DNA of 63,593 nucleotides, the filler included. It is 8 parts of 8 records of this genome, joined end to end, with 100 filler letters (N's around TTAATTAATTAA, not from the genome) between each part and the next. Parts side by side here need not be neighbours in the genome. Positions count along the whole stretch, not along the records: positions 15,464 to 22,639 come from SRR31156797_5978; positions 22,740 to 28,269 come from SRR31156797_5979; 6 more parts are not named here. One strand, 5' to 3'. The translations under genes were made by a program, and so were the position numbers. Positions 17,017 to 27,954 of this stretch are shown one piece after another (position 1 is the first letter of the stretch; every line of letters begins with the position of its first letter). The notes beneath the pieces were generated by a model. It saw only the letters and a list, made by a program, of their open reading frames with translations, searched no databases and had not been told where the DNA came from.

Positions 17017-19125
17017 TTAACCTTTCATTCTAATCAGGCTTAAAGCCAAACGAATTACATGATGTGGAATTTGACGCTTAGCTTGTTCAAATATTTCTTG
17101 CAAATTTAAATCCGGATTTTGCTTTACAATGCCCTCAATCTCTATTAATTCAAAAGGCAAAACAAACTGCTCAATATCTACTTGCTTTCCTTTTTCATAT
17201 AAAGTTGCCAAATGCGAATACACGGTAATTACATTGATGCCTTGTTGCGAAGCAATAATCTCAGGAGACAATCCCTGACGGAATAAGTCATATGTTTTTT
17301 CAAAAGGTGGTTTCTTTTTTGTCTTTTGACCTATATAACTTTTTATTTCGTTGACAAAAGCCTGTCCATATTGATCCCATTTTCGATTTCCTACTCCAGA
17401 GATTTCTTTCATCTCCCATTCATTTAATGGTCTTTTCTCAACCATCTCCGCAAGGGTAGCATCCGAAAACAATATATAAGGAGGCACTCCCAACTCTACG
17501 GCCATCTTTCGTCTCAAACTCCTAAGTCTCTCAAACAAGCCTTTTTCCTGATCAAAAACAGGAGCCATTATTTTCTTTCGTGTTTCAACCGGTTTATCAT
17601 GTTTCACTCTTTCTCCAAGTTGGTGCAACATCACCTTTTCATTATCAAAAAGCACTTTTTTACTTAAAGGCGTTAGAGCCAGAATACTTCCTTTATGGTA
17701 TTCTATTTTCAGATAGCCCAGATTAATAAGCTGATTAATGATTAGTTCCCAATCCTGCTGATTAGTATCACTACCGGCTCCAAAGGTCTTTATCTCATTA
17801 AACTTTCCGGCTGCTACATCAGGCGATAACTTTCCGATTAAAATATGAGACAACAGGTTTTGAGGCAACTTTCCGCTTAAGCGAGCTACAGCCGACAGAG
17901 CCTTTTGTGCCCACACTGTACCTTCAAATAATTTCTGACTTCCTTTGCAGTTATCACACTCCCCGCAATTCTCGCTCGTCCATTCACCAAAGTAATTCAG
18001 CAATAATCTTCTTCGGCAATGATTGGATTCAGCAAAACTATACATTCGATCTAATCGGGCATCAAGCATTACTTTTCGCTCCGACTCTTCATTGAAGCCT
18101 TGTAATACTTTCAAGTCCTGTCTTCCATAAAACATTAAGGCATGAGCCGGCAATCCATCTCTCCCACTTCGTCCTATTTCCTGATAATAACCTTCTATGT
18201 TTTTAGGTAAATTATGATGAATCACCCAGCGAACATTAGATTTATCAATACCCATCCCAAAGGCTATAGTCGCACAAACCACCTTTACCCGATCATTAAT
18301 AAAATTATTCTGTACTCTGTTTCGGTAATCCGCTTCCATTCCTGCATGATAATAGGCTGCTGAGATGCCATTCTCCTTTAAAAAGCGAGATAAGTCTTCG
18401 GTATTCTTTTTACTCAGGCAATAAACAATTCCGGAATCACCTTCCCGTTTTCGAATAAAATTCAGGATAACCTCTTTACGTTTATAGGCAGGTCTGGCCT
18501 CAATAAAAATATTAGGTCGCGAAAAAGAATCTTTAAATATTTTAGGATTACGCAAACGAAGCTGTTCCACAATGTCTTTTTGCGTTAATGGATCTGCAGT
18601 CGCAGTCAAAGCCAGTAATGGCACCTCTTTAAACTGACGTTTTAAATAACCCAGTTTTTTATATTCCGGTCTAAAATCGTGTCCCCAAGCTGAAATACAA
18701 TGCGCTTCATCAATGGCAATCAGACTTATTTTTGTTTGCAGTAAAGTATAATAAAAGTTCTCAGAATTCATTTTTTCAGGAGATACATAAAGCAACTTTA
18801 CCTTGTCCTCTACTACCTTTTTAGTCACTTGGGCTTGATCCTCCTCTGAAAGGGAACTATTTAAAAACTCAGCCTGTACACCATTCATCTTTAGGGCTTC
18901 AACCTGATCTTTCATCAACGCAATCAATGGAGATACCACAATAGCCACTCCAGGCAATGCTAATGCAGGAATCTGAAAACAAATAGACTTCCCTCCTCCT
19001 GTAGGCATCAAAACCAAACAATCCTGCTTATTTAATACTGCCTCTATTACGTCCTTCTGGGTTGGTCTGAATTGACTATATCCAAATACTTCTTTTAATA
19101 TTCCTTCTGCACTTTGTTTTCCCAT
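17017..19125 (-). CDS. recQ: ATP-dependent DNA helicase RecQ
   Basis: MPTGGGKS, DEAH, WGHDFRP, ATIAFGMG, QEIGRSGRDG, Zn/RQC and HRDC domains. Confidence 0.97.
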   Translation of the reverse strand: MGKQSAEGILKEVFGYSQFRPTQKDVIEAVLNKQDCLVLMPTGGGKSICFQIPALALPGVAIVVSPLIALMKDQVEALKMNGVQAEFLNSSLSEEDQAQVTKKVVEDKVKLLYVSPEKMNSENFYYTLLQTKISLIAIDEAHCISAWGHDFRPEYKKLGYLKRQFKEVPLLALTATADPLTQKDIVEQLRLRNPKIFKDSFSRPNIFIEARPAYKRKEVILNFIRKREGDSGIVYCLSKKNTEDLSRFLKENGISAAYYHAGMEADYRNRVQNNFINDRVKVVCATIAFGMGIDKSNVRWVIHHNLPKNIEGYYQEIGRSGRDGLPAHALMFYGRQDLKVLQGFNEESERKVMLDARLDRMYSFAESNHCRRRLLLNYFGEWTSENCGECDNCKGSQKLFEGTVWAQKALSAVARLSGKLPQNLLSHILIGKLSPDVAAGKFNEIKTFGAGSDTNQQDWELIINQLINLGYLKIEYHKGSILALTPLSKKVLFDNEKVMLHQLGERVKHDKPVETRKKIMAPVFDQEKGLFERLRSLRRKMAVELGVPPYILFSDATLAEMVEKRPLNEWEMKEISGVGNRKWDQYGQAFVNEIKSYIGQKTKKKPPFEKTYDLFRQGLSPEIIASQQGINVITVYSHLATLYEKGKQVDIEQFVLPFELIEIEGIVKQNPDLNLQEIFEQAKRQIPHHVIRLALSLIRMKG

Positions 19126-19236
19126 GCCACAAAAATATTCAAATTATATAAAGCTTTTGCATAAAAAGTGTAACCGAAAGAAATCGCAGGTAGTCTAATT
19201 TTATAGAAACAGTAAAAACATTTAAAACTGAATATT

Positions 19237-19590
19237 ATGCAAGTAGAAATAATCGTTCCGGTAGCCTTTTTCTTTTCCATTGCAGGAACAATTGTGATGT
19301 TGGCTTATTTTAGAACCCGAAGAATCGAACGTACTTCATTAATTGCGGCAGGTAAAGATGCCTCACTTTTTAATGAAGGAGTTAAGAAACCCACCATTAG
19401 TAATGCTTTAAAATATGGTATTTTGTCTATTGGTATTGGATTAGGATTGTTAATTGGTGATTACCTGGCCAAATCAACTCAATTAGAAGAAGCTGTTGCC
19501 TATTTCGCGCCTGTATTTATTTTAGGAGGTATTAGCTTATTAGTATTTTATCTACTTCAAAATAAACTCAATCAGAATAATCCTGAGTAA
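19237..19590 (+). CDS. DUF6249-like membrane protein
   Basis: Three TM helices, ER..LI..G and LK.G...IG.GLG pattern. Confidence 0.7.
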   Translation: MQVEIIVPVAFFFSIAGTIVMLAYFRTRRIERTSLIAAGKDASLFNEGVKKPTISNALKYGILSIGIGLGLLIGDYLAKSTQLEEAVAYFAPVFILGGISLLVFYLLQNKLNQNNPE

Positions 19591-19656
19591 TTTCAAATTG
19601 ATTTTACATACCAAAGATTTTTAAAGGTTACCACTTTGTTCAGGTAACCTTTCTTT

Positions 19657-20568
19657 TTATACAAAAGTGATCACTACTGCAATTACCACTCCCGTCAACA
19701 ATAAAATACCGTATAAGATACTAATGGCCATGAGTCGCATAATGGTTGTTAACCATTTTCGTTGATATAGTTTTCTGGCTCCGATGACCGAATAAACAGG
19801 AGCCAACACCAACAACCAGGCTTCATAGCTGGACGATTTATCTGGAAACACAAATGAAATAAGCATTAATACAATAAAAATCACAAACAAAAAGGAGTGC
19901 TGATTAATGGAAAAGATTAAATGCCCCAGGTAGTATTTATGTTTTTTATGAAAGAATAGCCACAATAAACTACCATAAACAGGCATAATTAAAAACAAGA
20001 TCCACGAAAAGTATTTTATAAACTGAGGAATAAAATATTCAGGATGTTTCTGTATTTCCTTCCATTTTTCTTCCTCTCCATTATCATCTTTCGCTTGCTT
20101 TACTTTCTCTAATTTATCAGCATATTTTAGCTTAGCTTCTTTGGAGCCAAGCACATATGCCGTATCTACAAAAAAAGACATCCCTAATTGTGTGGAATCT
20201 GATAGGCCGGGATGCACTTTTACAACAGAATTTTCTTTACCAATGTTATCCTGCGTAACATAGCTTAACATCAAAAAGAAAATAAAACTCACAAAAACAT
20301 AAAAGCGAAAAGGTGGCATATAACGAACCCGACGTCCCAAAACAAACTCTTTGGCCATTTTGCCCGGCTGAAATAAAACAGCAATCAGGGTTTTCCATAA
20401 ACGGGTATCAAAGGCAAATATATTCCCCATTAAATCATATATCAAAAAGCCAAATGGTTTTTCATAATCTTTAGTCGATTGACCACAATGAGGACAAAAA
20501 TTTCCCCCAAACTCCGTTTCGCAGTTTTTGCAGGTAATTAATTCACTTTCTGAATGAGTTTCTTTCAT
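19657..20568 (-). CDS. DUF3667-like membrane protein
   Basis: N-terminal CKNC...FCPHCGQ, PG....F..G.RVRY.PP.R.Y, multiple TMs. Confidence 0.85.
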   Translation of the reverse strand: MKETHSESELITCKNCETEFGGNFCPHCGQSTKDYEKPFGFLIYDLMGNIFAFDTRLWKTLIAVLFQPGKMAKEFVLGRRVRYMPPFRFYVFVSFIFFLMLSYVTQDNIGKENSVVKVHPGLSDSTQLGMSFFVDTAYVLGSKEAKLKYADKLEKVKQAKDDNGEEEKWKEIQKHPEYFIPQFIKYFSWILFLIMPVYGSLLWLFFHKKHKYYLGHLIFSINQHSFLFVIFIVLMLISFVFPDKSSSYEAWLLVLAPVYSVIGARKLYQRKWLTTIMRLMAISILYGILLLTGVVIAVVITFV

Positions 20569-20820
20569 CTGTTAAATTTTACTTTTCACTGATCAGATGG
20601 AACACAAATAAATTTAATCATACTCCTTTGAGTAATAGAGAAGAATCAAATTTACATGTTCGTTTCTTGGCTAAGTTCTATTATTATTACAAATATGTGC
20701 TATTTGTCTCTTTTATCAATAATTACACATCTATTTTATTTCGTCTCTTCGGACTAAAAAAAAAGAGCAAGTGTTCACTCCAACACTTGCTCTTTCACAA
20801 ACTTCTAATTAACTCTAATT

Positions 20821-22197
20821 TTATTGCATAGAAAGATATTTAGACTCTTCTACCCAAACCGAAGTGCTTTCATCCGCACATTTAAAGCAGCCCCAACCAT
20901 CGTTATTGGTCCAGATATCTTCGTTTACCTTATCCATAAAGTCACAATATTTTGTGTTGGGTTTTCCCGTTTTTAACCACTTATAACCTGTACCTCCTCG
21001 CGTAAGTACCACGGCCATGCTATTATCGTAATGGTAACCTCCGGCATATGACCATCCGATTGTACTGTAATGATCAAAGCGATCCATTCTTTCGCCATAA
21101 GTACAATTATTGCGAAGCTTCATCATTTTTAAAATAAGCGATTCATCTTTAATCATATCCACATTGGACACGCATGGATAACCTTGTTCTCGTAACAAAA
21201 TAATTGCATAGGCCTGTGATTTAAACCAGTCGCCTACATAATGCCCTCGTGGCTCACCATCATGCATAGCCGGCTGGTCGTCATGCGATCCCACAAAAGT
21301 AACCGCCTTACATGGTCGGCGTTGCACCAGTGTATCGTTTAAAACAGCCCCCATATCAAAACCCAAACCTTTCATGGAAGCATGTACCAATTTACGTTGC
21401 AGAGGAAAATCATATACCGACAACTTACCTTCGGTTTGATTGATGTAATTTTCCAGGGTGCAAATATTATCATCGCTATACTCACCCAAGCCAAACAATC
21501 CTTTTTGCGCTTCTTCCTCCATAGCTTTATGAAAACCCAAGGTTCCTTTTGGTCTGATATGCTTCACTGCATCATAACGATAACCATCCGTATGAATTTT
21601 TGCCAGGTTCTTTCTTCCATGCTCCTTAAGTTTTTCAACCAATTCAATGCTATCAAAATCAAGGTCGCACCCCATTAAGGCGTCTTGATTTGGTGCCAGA
21701 TCAAATTTCTTTCCACTGAGCACATACCATTGCCCTTCATGAATACAATCGAAATGATGGTGATCGACTCCTAACTTAGGAAATGAAGTGTACATATCGC
21801 GCTGATGCCATGAAGCCCAGGCATGTGCCGGCTTGTTTTTATCCGCGTTGGAAACATGCAAACACCATACGCCCGATTCCAGTTCGCCACCCATTAAATG
21901 GTTATGAACAGTATCGTGATATACTTGCACACCCGCATCCTTTAATGCTGCACAAGCTTCCTTTAGCTCTTGTTCATTACCATACTTGGTGTTGTTAAAA
22001 TCACTCCAGTGCGAAATAGAATAACCCACACTGTTTTCTCCGCCCATAGATATACAGGCCGGAGGTAGCCATACTGCAGTAAAGCCCTGCTGCTTAATAA
22101 GAGCAGCATCTCGTTTTAATCTTTTCCATAATTTAAGACCGGATTCGTCTTCGCGTGGAGAATAGTAATTCCACGGTTGTAAAATTGTACCTCTCAT
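20821..22197 (-). CDS. Cytoplasmic alpha-amylase (GH13)
   Basis: GFTAVWLPP, DTVHNH, GYRYDAVKH, GEY and FVGSHD catalytic motifs. Confidence 0.9.
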   Translation of the reverse strand: MRGTILQPWNYYSPREDESGLKLWKRLKRDAALIKQQGFTAVWLPPACISMGGENSVGYSISHWSDFNNTKYGNEQELKEACAALKDAGVQVYHDTVHNHLMGGELESGVWCLHVSNADKNKPAHAWASWHQRDMYTSFPKLGVDHHHFDCIHEGQWYVLSGKKFDLAPNQDALMGCDLDFDSIELVEKLKEHGRKNLAKIHTDGYRYDAVKHIRPKGTLGFHKAMEEEAQKGLFGLGEYSDDNICTLENYINQTEGKLSVYDFPLQRKLVHASMKGLGFDMGAVLNDTLVQRRPCKAVTFVGSHDDQPAMHDGEPRGHYVGDWFKSQAYAIILLREQGYPCVSNVDMIKDESLILKMMKLRNNCTYGERMDRFDHYSTIGWSYAGGYHYDNSMAVVLTRGGTGYKWLKTGKPNTKYCDFMDKVNEDIWTNNDGWGCFKCADESTSVWVEESKYLSMQ

Positions 22198-22504
22198 TTT
22201 AGTTGTGCTAATTGTTTAATTAAACATCTGGATATTTGTCACCTGCATGCATATGGAGATAGACACACAAAGTGACAATTCGTTATTTAAAAGTTAATTA
22301 AACATATTAACCTGTATGTATTAGGTTTGATGAACGCATGGATTTTCCTGCTAAAAGAATTAAATACATTGATAAATGAATCAAATAGCACTAAAACAAT
22401 AATAGTTTATCAATAAATGGGTTAATCAGAATATCTTATTTTATTACTAATCATTGTTGTCCAGTAAATATTTTTCTATTCTGATATTAGCCTTTGTATA
22501 TGTG

Positions 22505-22639
22505 CAACTCCGCTGGAGTTGTTGGGTAGGGGCTTATGATTTATTTTCTATTAATATTCAACTTCTCTGAAGTTGATAACATATCCCTAGAGGGGATATA
22601 TATTTATAAAACTGTTGATTAGATATTATTTACAACTCC
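22505..22639. repeat. Cluster of short REP-like palindromes at the contig end
   Basis: CAACTCC-GCT-GGAGTTG (22505-22521), CAACTTC-TCT-GAAGTTG (22559-22575), partial CAACTCC at 22633. Confidence 0.6.
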
Positions 22640-22739
22640 NNNNNNNNNNNNNNNNNNNNNNNNNNNNNNNNNNNNNNNNNNNNTTAATTAATTAANNNNN
22701 NNNNNNNNNNNNNNNNNNNNNNNNNNNNNNNNNNNNNNN
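22640..22739. other. Artificial contig linker
   Basis: N-run with TTAATTAATTAA. Confidence 0.98.
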
Positions 22740-22740
22740 A

Positions 22741-23061
22741 ACCTTTCTTTCAGGAGGTCAGCAACAACGCTTGTGTATTGCTCGTGCACTGGCATACACG
22801 CCAGATATTATTCTTTTAGATGAGCCTACTTCTGCACTGGATCCTATTGCTACGGCAAAAATCGAAGACTTATTGGTAAAGTTAAAGAAAGATTTCACCA
22901 TTGTTTTGGTTACACACAACATGTCGCAAGCTGCGAGAATTTCCGATTATTCGATGTTTATGTATTTGGGCGATTTAGTGGAATATGGCAAAACCAAACA
23001 AATGTTTACCATGCCAAAAGACAAACGAACCGAAGAGTACCTAACCGGTAAATTTGGTTGA
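22741..23061 (+). CDS. pstB: Phosphate ABC transporter ATPase, 5'-truncated
   Basis: [37 protein letters not shown]-terminal YLTGKFG. Confidence 0.95.
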   Translation, partial: TFLSGGQQQRLCIARALAYTPDIILLDEPTSALDPIATAKIEDLLVKLKKDFTIVLVTHNMSQAARISDYSMFMYLGDLVEYGKTKQMFTMPKDKRTEEYLTGKFG

Positions 23062-23114
23062 TGCCCTTCTCCTTTTGTTAATTTATAATTTATGAATTCA
23101 TAATTGAATGATCC

Positions 23115-23807
23115 ATGTCAATAAAAAAAGATAAGAAATTTGATAAGCTCCATACCGATTTTGCCAAAATGAAATTGATACTTCAGGAGCAATTTGAAAT
23201 ACTGGAAGATGTTGTTTTACTAGGATTGGATATTATCGACCCGAAACAAGTTGCAAAGTTCAAACAAAATGAGGAAAAGCTCGATCAGTTTGAACTAAAA
23301 ATGAGCGATAATATCATACAAACGATGGGCTTGCAACAACCTATGGCAAGCGAACTTCGATTGCTTTTCTCCTATTTCAGAATGATTGGTCATATCGAGC
23401 GAATTGGGGATCAGCTGAATAACGTGATGCGATTTATCGATAAAATGGAACCTCCGTTCATTCCTGAAAACCAAAGAGAATCCTTACTCAACATGCTTTC
23501 TATTAGCGAAAAAATGGTGAGGAAATCCTTAATATCATTTGAAGATAGTGATAGAGAATATGCCATTTGGACCATCAAGAATGATGAACTGGTGGACGAA
23601 ATGCAAAAACAACTCTTGCGAAGAATGGTAAAAAAAGAGACGCCTCAAGGGATAGAAGAATCTAAAATATACAATCTACTTAATTTTGGTAGTATTCTGG
23701 GTAATATTGAACGTATTGCCGATAATGCCACCAATATTGCTGAAGCTTCTATCTATTATCAGCAAGGAATCGATTTGCGTCATCAGGATTTACCCGACGA
23801 AGAATAA
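23115..23807 (+). CDS. phoU: Phosphate signalling protein PhoU
   Basis: QQP.A.ELR, ERIGD, ERIAD.ATNIAE repeats; follows pstB. Confidence 0.92.
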   Translation: MSIKKDKKFDKLHTDFAKMKLILQEQFEILEDVVLLGLDIIDPKQVAKFKQNEEKLDQFELKMSDNIIQTMGLQQPMASELRLLFSYFRMIGHIERIGDQLNNVMRFIDKMEPPFIPENQRESLLNMLSISEKMVRKSLISFEDSDREYAIWTIKNDELVDEMQKQLLRRMVKKETPQGIEESKIYNLLNFGSILGNIERIADNATNIAEASIYYQQGIDLRHQDLPDEE

Positions 23808-23882
23808 CTTTATTATCAACTGAATTTGCCTAAAACCTTCAAGTATAAAATTAAAATCTTAACCCTATAGATTTCAGATAAA

Positions 23883-24572
23883 ATGACAGATTTAAAGATA
23901 TTGGTCGTTGATGATGAAGAGGATTTGTGCGAAATCCTCCAATTCAACCTCGAACAAGAAGGATTTACAGTAGATACTGCATTCTCATCAGAACAAGCAC
24001 TAAAATTAGAGCTTAGTCAATACGATTTCTTTCTCCTTGATATTATGATGGGAGAAATTTCGGGTTTAGAACTGGCTAAAATCATACGTCGAAATCCAGA
24101 TCTGGCGGATAAGCCAATACTGTTTATCACAGCCAAAGGAAGCGAAGACGACAAATTAAAAGGCTTTAATGCCGGGGCGGATGATTATGTTGCAAAACCC
24201 TTTTCGGTTAAGGAAATAATTGCCAGAATTCATGTGATTTGTAAAAGAGTTTTCACCACAACTCAAAAGGAAATTTCCTTTGAATACGAAGACATGAAAC
24301 TAATTCCAGAGTCGAAAAAAGTAACCATTAATGATATTGATGTAGGTTTGACCAAAACCGAATTTGAGATTCTACAATTGTTACTAAATCACAAAGGGAG
24401 AATTTATTCGAGAGATGAAATCATGCACAAAATATGGGAAGGTGACACCTTTGTTGGAGATAGAACTGTAGATGTAAATGTAAGGCGAATCAGAAAAAAA
24501 ATTGGCGAATATCACAAACTGATCAAAACTAAATCGGGATATGGTTATTATTTTGAATCGCTCAAACAGTAG
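23883..24572 (+). CDS. phoB: OmpR-family response regulator (PhoB-like)
   Basis: REC plus winged helix (RTVDVNVRRIRKK); pho operon context. Confidence 0.8.
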   Translation: MTDLKILVVDDEEDLCEILQFNLEQEGFTVDTAFSSEQALKLELSQYDFFLLDIMMGEISGLELAKIIRRNPDLADKPILFITAKGSEDDKLKGFNAGADDYVAKPFSVKEIIARIHVICKRVFTTTQKEISFEYEDMKLIPESKKVTINDIDVGLTKTEFEILQLLLNHKGRIYSRDEIMHKIWEGDTFVGDRTVDVNVRRIRKKIGEYHKLIKTKSGYGYYFESLKQ

Positions 24573-24676
24573 CAAAACAGAATTGATAAATATGTCCTAC
24601 ATTTATGCCTCGTTAAGCAATTTAAATCTCAAAAGCAGATTCATGTAATGTATACATGAATTTAATTTAAACGCAC

Positions 24677-26470
24677 ATGCACACAAACATTCATACCTCA
24701 GGATCGAAATACAAGAAGCGACTGTTCTTTTTCTTCTTTATCATCGTCCTGATATTCTCTATCCTTATCGGAGGATTTCAATATCAACAAGAAAGAGCCT
24801 ATCGCCGCGAAAAACTGGAATATGCTCTAAATATTTATACCGAACAGGTTCAGGAGTTAATCCGTAAAAAAGATATCCTTCAAAATCTTCAATTTAACGA
24901 GATTGATTCGCTTCGTTCTTTAATTCCCGATCGTAACATTCGAATTTCAGTAATCACTTTAAAGGGTGATGTGATTTATGATTCGGATGTAGAACATTTG
25001 GATCGCCTTGACAATCACCTGAACCGCCCCGAGGTTCAAAAATCATTGCATTCTTCAAAAGGCAGCAACATTCGACTCTCGGGCTCAACCGGACAAACCT
25101 ATTACTATTACTCCAAGCATTATTACACGCATTTTGTGCGTACGGCTTTGCCTTTTAACGATAGTGTTGTCACCTTTTTAAAATCGAATAATATATTTCT
25201 GTATTTTTTAATCGGTTTGTTTGGAGTTACCGTAGTATTTCTGATTTATGCAACAGAGCACTTTGGAAATTCCATTTCTAAATTGAGAAAGTTTGCCATT
25301 AATGCAGCCAAGAATAGACCAATTGATACCAACGAAGATTTTGGCAAAACAGAACTGGGCGAAATCAGTAAGCAAATTGTGAAGATTTACGAAAAACTGA
25401 GCAAAACAAAAGAAGCCTTACAACAAGAAAAAGACAAATTGTTTGCCCATCTGCAAATTGCGCAGGAAGGTGTTGCTGTATTTGATAAACAGCGAAATCT
25501 AATTCTTTGGAACAGCCATTTTATCGATTACATCAACTATTTATCAAACATATCAACACACAACTATCAGGAAATATTTGACTTGCCCGAATTAGAGGAA
25601 ATCAACGATTTTATCAATACCAACATAAAAGAGTTGGAATCAAATTACATTCCAAATGTGGATATGATTAGCTCGAAAAAAACGGTGATTATAGGACACA
25701 AAGTATTTTTATATCAGGTAGTGGTGTTTCCCGATTGCAATTTCGAAATCTCGATTCACGACAATACCAAGTTGGAAAACGAGAAGACCATTAAGCAGGA
25801 AATGACTTTAAATATTGCACATGAGCTAAAAACTCCTGTTACTGCAGTCTCTGGCTTTCTGGAAACCATTAAGGACAATCCGACCATGCCCGAGGATAAA
25901 AAAATACAGTTTATTGAGCGTTCCTGTGTGCAAATTAACCGACTTTCGAACCTGATTCAGGACATTTCGGTCCTCACAAAAATGGAGGAAGCACAACAAT
26001 TGTTCTCCGTAGAAAATGTTGATATCAAGCTGATGCTGGACGAAATGACGGATGATTTTGAGTTGAAGTTGGAGAAAACAAAAATGAAAGTAGACCTACA
26101 AATTCCAGCGGACTTAAACATTAAAGGCAATAGCGAATTGCTCGATTCTATTTTTAGAAACCTGATTGACAATTCTATTAAATATGCAGGTGATAGCTCT
26201 CTCATAGAAATCAAAAACTATTTTGAGGATAACAACTACCACTATTTCTCCTTTGCGGATAATGGAATTGGAATTCAGGAAAAACATCTGCCTAGAATTT
26301 TCGAAAGGTTTTACCGAGCCGACAACGGAAGAGCAAGAAAAATGGGTGGTACAGGATTGGGACTTTCTATCGTAAAAAATGCGGTTTCCTTTCACCAGGG
26401 ACGAATCTTTATAAAAGCACGTCAAGAAGGTGGAATTGAATTTTTCTTTTCCATCAAAAAGGAAATGTAA
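24677..26470 (+). CDS. phoR: Sensor histidine kinase (PhoR-like)
   Basis: Two TMs, HELKTP, N box, FERFYR, GGTGLGL. Confidence 0.8.
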   Translation: MHTNIHTSGSKYKKRLFFFFFIIVLIFSILIGGFQYQQERAYRREKLEYALNIYTEQVQELIRKKDILQNLQFNEIDSLRSLIPDRNIRISVITLKGDVIYDSDVEHLDRLDNHLNRPEVQKSLHSSKGSNIRLSGSTGQTYYYYSKHYYTHFVRTALPFNDSVVTFLKSNNIFLYFLIGLFGVTVVFLIYATEHFGNSISKLRKFAINAAKNRPIDTNEDFGKTELGEISKQIVKIYEKLSKTKEALQQEKDKLFAHLQIAQEGVAVFDKQRNLILWNSHFIDYINYLSNISTHNYQEIFDLPELEEINDFINTNIKELESNYIPNVDMISSKKTVIIGHKVFLYQVVVFPDCNFEISIHDNTKLENEKTIKQEMTLNIAHELKTPVTAVSGFLETIKDNPTMPEDKKIQFIERSCVQINRLSNLIQDISVLTKMEEAQQLFSVENVDIKLMLDEMTDDFELKLEKTKMKVDLQIPADLNIKGNSELLDSIFRNLIDNSIKYAGDSSLIEIKNYFEDNNYHYFSFADNGIGIQEKHLPRIFERFYRADNGRARKMGGTGLGLSIVKNAVSFHQGRIFIKARQEGGIEFFFSIKKEM

Positions 26471-26604
26471 GCTTCATAGTAGAATCTTCTTCCCCTTTCG
26501 TTGATCATTATCTTCTATAGGCGTGTTTACATTCGATTCGCCAGTTAATGAGCAGTCCACCCTTACCCTATTGAACTACCTCTCCTATGCGAGAGGCAAT
26601 GTCC

Positions 26605-26641
26605 CTCACGCTCGAGAGATACCATATCTCTCGAGCGTGAG
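26605..26641. repeat. Perfect 17-bp inverted repeat among degenerate short hairpins
   Basis: CTCACGCTCGAGAGATA-CCA-TATCTCTCGAGCGTGAG. Confidence 0.75.
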
Positions 26642-26939
26642 TGCTATTCTCTCTAGGGCGCGAGATGTTTACTCTCCCGTTCGGGAGACATCGTTCACAC
26701 TTATAAGTAAGCTCAAGTGTTTCTCCTAATACGACATTACCGTTACACCTTAGCTGCCACACAGAATGTTTCTTTGCCTTTATACTACTTCGAGATCTCA
26801 GTGATTGAATATATTGGTTCTATTCTACCAACTACAGCAAACAATTGTTTCAATCTAAAACAATAGGTTATTGTCGAAAAATAGTTCTTACCTAATAACC
26901 CACTACAAGCGAAATAGGGACAATGGGAAAAAGCCAGTT

Positions 26940-27677
26940 TTATTTTACCTCTAAATTTCCATTGAAGACATATCTCCTAGCCTGCTTTCGAAATCTTCCC
27001 TGAGAAGTAAATTGAGTAGTAACTGACAAGTTATACAAACCAATTTTCAAATCTGCAGGAGCAACAAAAAACAGTTTTGACGGAGAATTTAAAGCCATAC
27101 TTCTCTTTGGAACAAATGTCTCGACTTTAGTTTCCTGATGAAGCAAATAGAGTCCCAAAACTTCTGAATCTCCATCAATTTTAATCTTAGAACCTGATAC
27201 TTGAATGCCACCTCCTGGAGTAAGTACGGTATTCATTTGTCCGGAACTAAGATCGGTAACAGAATTGATTCCTGCTTGTACCGAAGCCATTCCTCTAACT
27301 TCAACCTCGCAAGATTCGACTGCCTTTTTTAATTTTACTATTGGATTAGCCTGTACATGCAAGGAGTGCTTTTCCTTATCCCATTTATCCGTATCTCCTC
27401 GAAATATCCCATGAACATTCACATGAAACTGTGCCAAACCCAAATGAACTATCGCTCCCTTGGTAATTTGTTCAATAGCCAATTCACTGATTATTTCAAG
27501 GGTTGCCCTCATTGCAGATGCCCCTATATCTGTTCCTCGAGCAACAGCCAATTGAATTAAATCTTCTTCGCTGAATGTTTTACAACTTATTACTTTACCT
27601 ATCCGATCATCCTTTTTATCACCCAAGGGATAATCATACAGTTCTACCAAAAAGCGATCTTTAATTTTAGTTCCCAT
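26940..27677 (-). CDS. HU-like DNA-binding protein with DUF4469-like Ig domain
   Basis: Bacteroidota HU-like N-terminus; LTPGG...G.KIKI.G...GLY and N.PS.L.F..P..L..G.Y.L.V.TQF. Confidence 0.8.
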   Translation of the reverse strand: MGTKIKDRFLVELYDYPLGDKKDDRIGKVISCKTFSEEDLIQLAVARGTDIGASAMRATLEIISELAIEQITKGAIVHLGLAQFHVNVHGIFRGDTDKWDKEKHSLHVQANPIVKLKKAVESCEVEVRGMASVQAGINSVTDLSSGQMNTVLTPGGGIQVSGSKIKIDGDSEVLGLYLLHQETKVETFVPKRSMALNSPSKLFFVAPADLKIGLYNLSVTTQFTSQGRFRKQARRYVFNGNLEVK

Positions 27678-27954
27678 TTTCTCGTCTTTTAAACAAATAT
27701 TTCAACATTATTAATTCTATCATGATTATTGCACAATTAAATGTAAACGAGAACTTTTAAAACATCATTATACCTAAGGGATTATTAATTATACATTTGG
27801 ACCATTTTTGGAAGCATTAGCAAAAATAGATTCTACAATACAAGCAGTTTCGTTAACAAACGATCATTTTCCAATATCGATCTTTTGACTTTTTTTTACT
27901 TTCGACTTTTCGACTTTCTTTTTATCTTCACGCTACATCAAATTTTATTCAAAT

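Noticed and set aside
22505-22639. CRISPR array
   Set aside because: Units are short, degenerate and irregularly spaced; no cas genes; no regular repeat-spacer array seen anywhere in the window
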